64,000 nucleotides of DNA from Vitrella brassicaformis CCMP3155 (lineage: Eukaryota > Protista > Chromerida), in assembly GCA_001179505.1 (NCBI GenBank), contig CDMY01000091.1:1-64000 (forward strand), read 5' to 3'. This document shows positions 11,374 to 21,380 of the stretch, in pieces (the first letter of the stretch is position 1; every line of letters starts with the position of its first letter). The translations under genes were made by a program, and so were the position numbers. Under the pieces are notes generated by a model, which ran no database searches, had not been told where the DNA came from, and saw only the letters and a program-made list of their open reading frames with translations.

Positions 11374-12089
11374 GGTGGAGTGGAAGGCGACGGCGACAAG
11401 AAAGCTGTTGGCGCAGCTAGTGAGAATGGGGGGCAAGTGGAGGGGAGAGGAGGAGAGGATGGACGGATGGACGGATGGATCTGCGCTTTGTCCGCCGCCG
11501 GTAAGCGCTAAGCGGGCGCTAACGCTAAAGAGTACGCGGTAAGTTCGTAAATTAACGCTAGAGGTTAGTGCCAAAGAGACACAGAGATAGATAGGGGATA
11601 GGCCGCCAGGACTCACCGCGCATGATGGATTGGCGGCCGGAACGGCGAGAATTTGAGACAAACCCCAAAAAACCCTGAGCCTTTTTCCAACCTTTTTTTT
11701 CGACAGCCTCGCCCAGCGTAGGTGAGCTGCAGGGAGAACCCTCCGTCCTCTCTGGCGGCTAAAAAAAGGCTCACGTCCCGGCTCACATCTGCTCTTTGCA
11801 GGGTGTGCGTTTGAGACCGATTCGAGCTGTTGCGGATGCCGCTCCTCTACCCTTCGGCCCTCCAATCGCTGTTCCTTATGCCGGTGCGGCTGTTCCGCCA
11901 CCCAGCGCCAAGGAGCCGACGCTCATCGTGACTCTGCCGCACCAGCCGAAGAGGCCGCCCTCGAGGAAGCGTCCGCCAAGGCATGCTGCCATGGTCGGAT
12001 GACTGGGGGCGCACGTGTCCATGGCGTTGCAATCGAGGGTCTCCGCCGCAGCCCTGCGTCCAGCCGCCCGCACAATGGGGATTCGTGCC

Positions 12090-12960
12090 GCATCAGCAAC
12101 CCATCTACCCCGCTGTCATCGACCAGGAAACGACAATGGGTGAAGTACTTGGGCAAGACAGCCATTCCTTCGTATCAAGACATATGAAGCGTGATCTGAA
12201 GAGCTGAGTGGACAGGAGGGATGGTCAAAGATGCAAGAGCAAAAAGTGACACTGGTAACGATTTCCACTCATAACTTCCCGATACTCTTCATTGACCGAC
12301 TTGATTGACAGACAACTATCTGCCAGTGCCCACAAGAAGTGAAATGGAGAAGACCATCAAGGAATTTACTTACCAGGACTCCCATCGTTAGGCGCCAGAG
12401 TGCTTTGAGTTGTTGGATAACAGTCCGGCCAGCGACCTGTGGGCCGTCGGAGTCGCCATGTGCGGACAGGACAGCAACCACAAACACACACACACTCATG
12501 TGCATGTGTGGATGTCTGTCGCGTGTGTGTCCCTCTTTCAGATACTACTTGCTCACCGGCCGGTATCCCTTCAGTGTGCGGGGCGACGGCAGCATCTCCA
12601 AAGGCCTCCTGAGGGAAATGAGGCAGGTCAGTCGGCAACAGAGGAAGGGACAGATTGGCCATCCATCCATCAAGGCACCCATGTGTGTCTGTGGTGTGTG
12701 GGTCAGGGAGTGCGCTTCCGTGCGACTGACGAGGTGTCACCGGAGGCCGCGGACATTGTCGTCGGCTGCTGACGGCCGACAAAGGCAAACGCATCCCATC
12801 AGGTAGAAACACACACACGCAGGTCGTTGATTGCCGCTTATGTGTCTGTGTGTGCAATGCCCTCAGTGTCCGATGCGTTGGCCCACCCATGGTTCGCCGC
12901 CGGAGCCGCCCAGACACACAGCGCCACCCCGCCGCCATCCGAACACCCGGAGCCCTCGTC
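12090..12960 (+). pseudogene. Degenerate Ser/Thr protein kinase
   Basis: Subdomain remnants: MGEVLGQDSHSFV (Gly loop), KRDLKS (catalytic loop), APE preceded by TAG/frame break, SDLWAVGV, YLLTGRYPF, SPEAADIV-[frameshift, TGA 12770-12772]-LLTADKGKRI, DALAHPWF. Confidence 0.75.
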
Positions 12961-13631
12961 GATCGTCCGACAGCTCACACGGGAGCGACGGCGAATGAAT
13001 GAGACACCGCACCCAACAAACCAACGAGGCCGCCAGCCGTCGCACCGAGGCCATAGAGTGACGGAGGGGTGGATTGTCAATGAGTGACGGAGGCAGTGTG
13101 TGGAGCGGTAGACGATGGCCGGGCGTGCTGGGCGCCATTGGTCCATCGATGGTGCGTGTTGCGCTCCCGTTGGTTGCGCCGGCCATCTCAAGCCTTCAAT
13201 GTCGTTTTCCTCGTCGACACCGGGTCTCCCAACACATACGTCAGTCAAGCTACAGTCAAGCACCTCATCAGCAAAGACGAGTCGGGGGCACCTCGCCAGA
13301 TTCTCATCGACAACTTGAGAGAGGAGCACTTGACAATGAGTATTCACGGTGCCAGAGTGCCCTGCAAATGGTCTCCTGGACGAGCGGCAGATGTCAACAT
13401 ATTGGGTGTGGATGCCCACGGCGCCGCCCCGCCGCCATCCGACCACCCGGAGCACTCGTCGACTGACAGCACACACGGGAGCGACGGCGAATGAATGAGA
13501 CACCGCACCCACCAACGACGCCGCCAGCCATCGCACCGAGGCCAGTGGAGTCAAGACAAATAGAGTGACGGAGGGGTGGATTGTCGATGAGTGACGGAGC
13601 AGCGTGTGGAGCGGTAGACGATGGCTGGGCG
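12921..13631 (+). repeat. Diverged direct repeats of ~205-210 bp (12921-13125 and 13421-13631)
   Basis: GCGCC(A/G)CCCCGCCGCCATCCGA(A/C)CACCCGGAGC...GAGCGGTAGACGATGGC(C/T)GGGCG present twice at offset ~500 with several substitutions and indels. Confidence 0.9.
13084..13494 (+). CDS. Retropepsin-like (clan AA) aspartic protease domain, intronless, possibly a fragment
   Basis: NVVFLVDTGSPNTYVS (DTG catalytic motif) and downstream VNILGVD (psi-loop ILG-x-D). The ORF runs into the second direct repeat. Confidence 0.7.
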   Translation: MTEAVCGAVDDGRACWAPLVHRWCVLRSRWLRRPSQAFNVVFLVDTGSPNTYVSQATVKHLISKDESGAPRQILIDNLREEHLTMSIHGARVPCKWSPGRAADVNILGVDAHGAAPPPSDHPEHSSTDSTHGSDGE

Positions 13632-14055
13632 CCGCTTGATGAAGGCCCATTGGTGGGCTTCTGGACCAACTTGCCTGCCATTTGGAGTGGCGGCGAGGGC
13701 CAAGAGGTGTCCCTCGTCCATGGAGATGCCCATTGCCCCAGGACAAGAACTGGCACGTCTACATCGCATACAAGCGGTCACTGACGTCGGGGTGTCTGAG
13801 CGTGTGTGGGCTTGCCACCACCAACACTAAAGCCTACTCGTTCTCGAGCCTGCTCACAGTCTCGCAGTTTCTCATCTTCCCGCTTCCTCCTCTCCCCCGA
13901 AACTCACTTCCTCCCTCCCCACCGGCGGCATCTGCTTCCGACACAGGTAGGTATTCGTGTGCTTTGTGCTCGTGCGTCCGCGCGCAGACTTGCATTCATC
14001 TTGTGCATTTGCTGCTTGTGCGTTCAGCTGCATTTGAGCTGGGGGCAACTTTCTG

Positions 14056-14475
14056 GTGACGGGCGGCCCGAGCGAGATGGTGGCTCGCCACATCGACCAT
14101 GAGGGAGCCCGCGAGCTCAAGCCGAACGAGCCCCTCGACATTCTGTACAACCCCGCGCTCATGGTGCCCTCGCCCGTCCCCTTCGTGCCGCTGAGCTACG
14201 ACATTGCCGTCGCCACGGGGCAGCGGACCACACAGCCAGTACACCGACATCTACGGCACAATCATGACGGTGGCCATGTGTGCGCTGGCCGGCCGCCCTG
14301 CATGGGCGACATCATTCATGGGCTGGGAGAGCTCGGTGCGAGTTGCCGAGAAGCGTTGCTTGAGTAAGCACAGAGTGTCTGAATGGGTGCGCACACAGCT
14401 GCTGTGGTGTCCCCATGCAGTCGCTGGCTACATTTTATATCTCGAACGTCCCGTCTTCCTCAACCCTGCGACGGT
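14056..14475 (+). pseudogene. Divergent kinase-like fragment
   Basis: RELKPNEPL (HRDLKPEN-like), IYGTIMTVA in another frame, exon VAGYILYLERPVF (GxxxYxLLxGxPPF-like). The last exon is homologous to 16544-16582. Confidence 0.35.
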
Positions 14476-14648
14476 AAGTCCATATCCAAGATGCGCCTCC
14501 TTTCTTCTCGTCGCAGACCGAATCGTACGGCATAGGCGCGAGACACGAGAGCATTGGGTAGCGTCGAAGAGTCCCACCCACTACGTTTTCAAAGTTTCTG
14601 TACCGCTTCAGCCCCACTCTCTCCCCTTACCCAGCCGTCGCTGCATCG

Positions 14649-16070
14649 ATGCCCGGCGACCGTGAGGGCGTCCTCCCTCGACGGGACGTCAACTGGGTGT
14701 GGTACTGGCGGCCTGTCGACCAGGAGGTGAATCTCAGCGACGGCTACCTGAAGATCAGCCAGCCAGGCTGCTGCTGGGGGTCGCGGACGGTCTACATTGA
14801 CCTGGGCGACAAGCGCATCTGCGTGGCGGCCCGCAAGCTGCGAGACGACGGGCGGTACTTCAACTTCAAGAACATCCCCAACGCGCTGCTGGTCTGGGTG
14901 TGTCGGTGCTGCTTTGCAGGGCATTCCCAGGACCACTCCATTCTCGCCGACACGCCTCTTCTCGTTCCTGCGGCCGCCCAGCGACCTGTCGGCTCGCCAG
15001 GAGCCCTTCAACTGCCACACCAAGGCGCGTGACATGGTGCCCATCGGTTTCACCCCCACCGAAGATGGCGTGTACCTGATCACTGACCAGGATTACCACG
15101 CCAACAATCACGCGGACACGCAGACCGCCGCCAGTCGCCTCGCGGGGCAGGCACTGCACACCATGCTGGGATATATCATTGCAGTGGGGCCCCATCGACA
15201 TATCCCCCTCGCTCATTCGGCAGTTCGAGGCGTCGCCCATCCTCGCCCACACCGTCAAGACCGACCAGTGCCTGCTCTCCCTACCTCTCGATGAGGCGCG
15301 GGCTGTGGCGTGTCGGTGTATCCTTTGCTCAACAAGGCCATGTTCGGTGGCTACGACGACACGGGCAAGAAGGGCACCGTCGACTTCGACACATGCAGCA
15401 GCACTGAGTGAGTGAGGAAATTATCAATGGCGCGCGTCTGACACATGGGATCTATTTCGATTGCGTGTGACGTCAGGCTGATAGCCCTCTATGACGGGGC
15501 AAGAGGGCCGAAGGCCTGCTTCGAGTGCAGGGACTCCGCCGAGCTGGACGAGTGGTACAACCACATCAAGTGGGTGGTGCACCACGAAGCCGTTGACAAC
15601 TTGGTTCGCTTTCAATACATACTTGCAATCCTCACTTACGTAACCTCATTTCTCTCTCTCTCTCTCTCTCTGTGTCCGTTTCATTTCCCCAATCTGTCTG
15701 TCTGCAGATGTTGGAGACGTTCAACGAAGGCGGTGTCCCTGCCGTCTTGCAGTCAACGGCCCTTCAACAACTGGCAGATCTCCCATCTGCCAACCGACAT
15801 TTAGCGCCCCCATCCCGCCTATGGACGTCAAAATAACTGTGGACGTGACCGGGCAACTCGATGAGGTGAGTGAGGAGATGAGAGCGACTGATGGGAGGGG
15901 CTATGGTGCCTGTCTTTTCTGTCAGATCGACTCGTTTGGCGGCGTGTGTTCGAGTGGCGGTCAGTGGGGGCGGCCGCCGTGGCAGCCGCACGAGGCGAGC
16001 GCTGGGACAATCTCGGCCGCCGGACGGCCTGAATGGTGGGGGCAAGACACGCACACTTGTGTGTAGGATG
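14649..16070 (+). pseudogene. PH-domain gene copy 1, interrupted by a 454-nt insertion (14898-15351) and rearranged 3' end
   Basis: MPGDREGVLPRRDVNWVWYW...LSDGYLKI...YIDL and ACFECRDSAELDEWYNHIKWVV (PH C-terminal helix). Colinear with 51932-53042 except for the insertion and the 15800-15975 region. Confidence 0.75.
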
Positions 16071-16149
16071 GAGACATGGAGGTCCCAAGTACCTACCATC
16101 CCATCCGCCATGTCTCATCACAGAGTGTGCCCTCTATACAAGATTTGAA

Positions 16150-16740
16150 GCTGGTTGCAGATCAACTGTCTTTGAAAGGAAGATCTCAGAGCGATGCGTG
16201 CGCTGATTAGCCCACAAGAAGCTCATCGAGTTCGAGAAGACCATCAAGGAATACGACCAGCGGAAGGTCAGCACACCCAGACAACCGAACCCTTCACTCA
16301 TCCCCCCCGCCCCCCGACCCTCCTCCGCTTGTCAATGCTCTCTCTCTCTCTGTGTGCGCGTGTGTGTGTGTGTGTGTGTATGTGTGTGTATGTGTGTGTA
16401 GTTGGAGTAACACGCCCGTGCGGAGAAGTGCCACACTGTACAATGAGCGGCAGCGTCAGCAGCTGCCCAGCCACCAACGTGCCCTTCTTCAGGACAGACT
16501 GCGTGGATGGGTAACACGTGTGCCTGGATGTGTCTCGTGTCCCTGCAGTCGCTGCTTACATTTTATATCGCGGACGTCCCGTTTCTCCCTTAAGCCTCCG
16601 ACACCCTGGTGACAAAGCAAAGGTTGTGTTGTCACTGCCATGGTCATCTGTGACTCGTCGCTCACACTGGCGGACGGCAGTCATCATAGATGAGCAGATT
16701 CGCATCTTCTGAGTGTCGCGACTTTCGCTGGCAGGAAAGA
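16150..16740 (+). pseudogene. Divergent kinase-like relic
   Basis: KLIEFEKTIKEYDQR (VKLxDFG-like position) and VAAYILYRGRPV. Shares GCCCACAAGAAG and GAGAAGACCATCAAGGAAT with 12328-12365. Confidence 0.35.
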
Positions 16741-17477
16741 AGGCACTTTTGAGTAAAGGTATGACAGAGCGTGAATGTGAGTGGGATGACGATGGACGGT
16801 GTGTGTGTGTATTGGTGTGTGTGTGTGACTGGGCGACTCACCTCCAACTCATGCGCATGTTTGGCTGTGCTTCAAAATGCAAAAATGCCCATCATCCATC
16901 CATCTGTGTGTCCACCCATCCATCCATCCATCCCTACGAGAGGAGGCGTAAAGTCCTCACGACAAACACGTCGACAGACACACACACACACACCCGCGGA
17001 CGCAGTGAGTGAGTGAGTGCCATACGCAGCCAGCCATTGTCCCCTCTCCTTCAGAACCCAAATATGAGAGCTTCGTTTGCAGACAGACAGACAGACAGAC
17101 CTATGTCGGCCTCTGAAAATCATCCAGCCATCCACACATACACTTGCTTGGGCAGCCAGGCAGACAGGCAGGCAGGCAGGCAGACGAGAAGAATGCAAGC
17201 AGATCCGTACCGGAGAAAGAGAGCCTCCCTACTGACCGCTGACCGACACCCCACATGGACCATCAGACGGCTCGTTGTGATGCCCTCCTGCCCCTCAACT
17301 AAAAATCATGCACACACCACGAATGCACCCACCGAGACAGACAGACAGCGATCCCTCCCCCTCTTCCCTTGTTCAAAAGTACTCACTCCCCTGAACAAGC
17401 AAGGCTGTTCGCCTTTGCCGCCCATCCACTCACCCAATACACACCAGCAACATGACTTCTGTCCCTTCCCTGCTGGC

Positions 17478-19013
17478 CTACAAGAGGCCGATGGCCTTGG
17501 CGAACCAGACGATGCCGATGCCCGCAGCGAACGCCGACGCGCCGAAGGCCAGGCGTTTGGGAATGTCTGGCCGGTCCACCGCCCTCGTCAGCCTTATCGA
17601 CCCCTCCCCAGCCGCAGCACTGCACGCACTCATCGTCAGCTGCACACAGATATGACACATGAATGACACACATCACATCGACCAACCAGTCTGCCTTGCC
17701 CCTCCCTCTTTGTTTGTGTCGGTGTGCTGACGTTGGTTGTACCATGGTGCCGGTGCAGTAAGACAGCAGAAATAGGAACACGGCCGGCCATCGTGTGAAG
17801 GAGAGGGAAGGGGCGAGGCCGGGAGCGCCGTCCAGCGAGAAGCCGTGCAGCATGCCGTTGAAGAAGAGCGTCAGGCCGCGACGCAGAGAGGCCGACAGAT
17901 CTCGGTAGCCCTCCTTTTGCTCCTCTTTGGCACGTGCATCCAGCTGAGCCTGTCAGCCAGTCCATACGTCAGTCAGACAGACAGACAGACGAATATGAGA
18001 AAGAGGACACACCTGCCCTGCTCCCCTGCTTCAATACATACCTGCAGCTCTTCAGCATCCCAGGATCGCGCCTCTTTGTAGCCGAAGAATCCGATGAGTA
18101 TGAGCGACAGCCCCACCAGCCCCTCCGTCCAGGTCTCCATCCGCTCTATCAGCGCACCCCCGTGAAGGCCGGCCGCATCCATGACGAATATGCGGTCCTT
18201 GAGCACAAAGGCCAGCATCCCCATGATCATGGCCGACAGCCCGTGGCCCAGCCCCCACACCAGCCCCAGCTTCCCAGCGCCCGTCCACCGCCGCCCAAGA
18301 CATTGCGGCAGCAGCGCCGCCAGGTGGTCGGGGCCGCTCACTGCATGGAGCGAACCGGCCAGAGCGCCCCCACCCACAGTCACGATGGACGCCGCCGGCA
18401 ACACTCGCTTGATGAACCGCGAGAAGGCCGCCCACCGCCGCACCTGGCTGAGCAGCAGGGCGAGTGTGACGGCAAGGGTGAACCGGGAGGCGCGAGAGCT
18501 GAACAGTCGGTCGAAAGCCTTGACGAATCGTTGCAATCGGTTGTGGGGGGTGGTGGGGGTGACGGCATTGACAGGAGAGAGCGATGTCTGCGATGGCGGG
18601 ATGGTGGGTGGGGGGAGGGGGCTGAGAGAGGGGGAGGAGGGCAGCGACACATCGCTGGAGACGGATGCTGCGGTTGACGAGGATGAGGGTGTGGAGGCCT
18701 GTCTGCTCTTGATGCCGATGAGGCTGAGGTCCTCCTCTTCCACCGACGACTCGCTGTCGATGGGCAGGGCGGCAGCAACACGGTCGACTGCTGTGCTGGT
18801 GCCGCACATGGTCACATAATTGTGGTGCGGCAGCACGTTGTTGGTCGTCACCACTCGCACACGCCGGCTGGCAGGCAGCACAAACGCCCCCGACCTCCGA
18901 AGTGGCTTCACGTCCACCGGCACTCCCCTGCCCCGCGCACCGTGGCCCGCTGCGATGAAGATAAGCAGGAGGGAGGACGGCAGCAGCCTGAGCGAATCAG
19001 CAGATCTTCTCAT
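17478..19013 (-). CDS. NicO/UreH/DsbD_2-like multi-pass membrane protein (high-affinity nickel-transport-like, plant CGF-like), probably plastid-targeted; 3 exons
   Basis: AGSLHAVSGPDHLAAL, GLVWGLGHGLS, VGLSLILIG, NGMLHGFSLDG motifs. Spliced C-terminus ...GIGIVWFAKAIGLL*. N-terminal hydrophobic signal plus long Ser/Arg-rich leader. Confidence 0.85.
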
Positions 19014-19179
19014 CGACAGTTGGAAATGGGACAAACGAGTCCGCCGCCTTGTTCAGGCCGTCCTCCTTCAGCACCGGACTACCGCAGCGCACACACAGCA
19101 TGCGCAAAGGCAGGGATCTTCCCGTTGCGAGCCAAGCTCGCGCCTCTAGCTCGCAGTGGATCTGGCCCACATCTCATCT

Positions 19180-19861
19180 ATGGAGGCCTCGTCGGCCATG
19201 CTGTATCGTCCCCGCCTGATGACATGTTCGTCACCTTTCAGCCATCCGGCTGGGGCGGTGAGGTGTCTGTTGGAGAGGGCCCACAGGCCGTCGCCGGAGA
19301 AAAAGGACATGACACACATCCCCTATAAGGTAAGATGGGCGGCACGCAGCGTAGCTAGCTGCGATATCTAGATAAACGAGCCGCTCGTCAGTCAGGTGCA
19401 ATCAATGACTCACTCATTGAGTGGCTGTGTTGATGTGCAGGTGCAGAGGACGCCATCAGGGAACCTGCCTGTGTATCCTTTGATTCGCAACCATGGCACA
19501 TACGTCACCACCAAAGTGCGGAAGGTCTTCGGCGACATCCATGTGAGCCGCTGTGAGTGGGCTTCGTCTGGACAGATCTCATGCGGCACTGACTGAGTGG
19601 AATGACTGTCAGTGCGCCTGTGTGTGTGCGCGTCAGGCGTTTCGAAAGGAGCTGCAGACCGTGTGTGAGGCGCCTGTGAGGATCCGTGCGGGGCTGCTGG
19701 AGATCAAGGGCCTTCATGTGTTGAAGGTCAAGGGATGGCTCACATCTCTCGGGTACGATGGATGCAGCCGTGAGCAGCACTCACTGAACCGTTGGTTGCC
19801 CTATCGATGACGTCGCCCTTCCTTTCCTGTCGTGTTTGTTCTGTAACTGTTCAGATTCTGA
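19180..19861 (+). CDS. MRPL49: Mitochondrial ribosomal protein L49 (Img2 family); 4 exons
   Basis: Spliced: HIPYK|VQRTPSGNLPVYPLIRNHGTYVTTKVRKVFGDIH|AFRKELQTVCEAPVRIRAGLLEIKGLHVLKVKGWLTSLG|F*. Basic mitochondrial-type presequence. Confidence 0.9.
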
Positions 19862-20096
19862 CTGACTGCAGCTGACGATGTGGAGATCCTGGGAGACTTA
19901 CTGTGCTGTGTGATCGGTTGTGTGTGCTAGGATTGACGATTGTGCGACTTGTTCACATCGTCAATAGTGCACATTAGCGTGGACATGAGTTGACAGACAC
20001 ACACACACACACACACACACAGAGTCCTCTGAAGCGTAAATGCAATCCACCGTCCATCGGCATCCAACGCATGTCAGCTCTGAGATCGCTCAAGAG

Positions 20097-20405
20097 TGAG
20101 TCAGTCGATGTTAAGGCTCACCCACTGCCCCCGCTCGTCGATGCGGCCCAGCTGCTGCCACCCCCGCTCGTCGATGCGGCCGGGCACTGACTAAAGAAAC
20201 ACTCACACCAACACACAGAGTTCCACCAACTCGTGCACTCCTTCCTCCCTCTTTTCTCACCCTTGTGCGTGGCTCTTTCCCGTCGTGATGGGGCCATGTT
20301 GTTGACCAAATAAACCGTCTCATTGGCCTGCGCGTATTGATCCTTGTGTGCCCACCGTGACGGGGCGTTCTTGGAGAGACCGACAGCATCTCCATGAGCC
20401 GTGGC
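20097..20405 (-). pseudogene. Chimeric relic: exon+intron shared with 59505-59729 joined to the last codons of the ankyrin gene family
   Basis: 20097-20163 encodes GWQQLGRIDERGQWVSLNID* (compare GWPQLGRIDERGQWVSLGIN* at 29740). 20184-20400 is the reverse complement of 59505-59729 at roughly 90% identity by eye. Confidence 0.75.
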
Positions 20406-21380
20406 GATCGCCGCACCCTCCTCTGAGCTGCATGTTGTGTGGGCGGCCAACACCTGCCAACGCAGCTACCTGAGGGCAGTCTTAAGAGCTGAGACATGCC
20501 ACGGACACGCTGATGAGTTACTGATGTCTCCCTCTGTGTCATGTCTGAGCGCCTGTGGGGGACTCTTCTCCGTCAACATGAAAGCGCAATAGGTTGCCAA
20601 CAAAGGTCTCAATCATAAATCTTATGCCGCAGGCTCGTTGAAGCACCACTGAGGCATTTTGTATTTGTCTGTCTGCCTTTCTGTGTGCGTGTCTAAGTAA
20701 TGAATGGATGAATGAATGTTAACACAATGGCTGTGGCGTGAGGTCGGGCTCTCTGTCTGTCTCTCTGCCACATACAGCGACTCAGTGAATGAATCGATCA
20801 TCGCACACTCGGACGCGTACGGTCCATGTGTGTGTTGCCTGTGTCCGGATACAGCTCCCGTGTCTGTCTCAATTCGGCCTATGGTCCTTCTACTCTACAG
20901 ACATGGCCCCCACCCACATACGTCATATATGTCTGTACACCTGTCTCTGTATAAAAGGTGCATTCACCGACACAGAGACGCCCAACAGCTGACACGTGGT
21001 CCCTCCATATCTAGGCAGCGAAGCAGCGATGGATGCGTAGAGAGAGATGAGCGAGACGCATCTAAGGAAATGCAGTGCGATGAGTGAGGTGTGGTTGAAA
21101 ATCCATAAATCCCTCTCTTCTTCATGGCACACACACCACACATCCCAGCACCCCATGAGGCGGGTGGCACACACAGTGAGACAGCGAGGCAGGCTGGTAG
21201 TCCATATAAGAGAGGAAGCAATAACATGCAGTGAGGGGTCAAGAAGCCATAAAGCTGACACGGACACACAGCAACAAAACTCTTAAATCAACCACTGGCC
21301 CCCTCCCCCCTGCTGTCTGTCTGCCATGATATAGCATGCCACAGCCCCACCACCAGCACCCACAGTAGGTCGATCTGTTG

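Larger units (their letters stand above)
9746..11562. mobile_element. Putative non-autonomous inverted-repeat element (1817 bp) carrying one cargo gene
   Basis: TCTAGCGTTAATTTACGAACTT at 9746-9767 and its exact reverse complement AAGTTCGTAAATTAACGCTAGA at 11541-11562. No transposase inside; no exact target-site duplication. The repeat is certain, the mobile-element interpretation is inference. Confidence 0.4.

Noticed and set aside
12921-13631. Canonical LTR retrotransposon or TRIM
   Set aside because: No TG...CA termini, PBS, PPT, TSD, gag, RT or integrase visible; kept only as direct repeats with a protease cargo.
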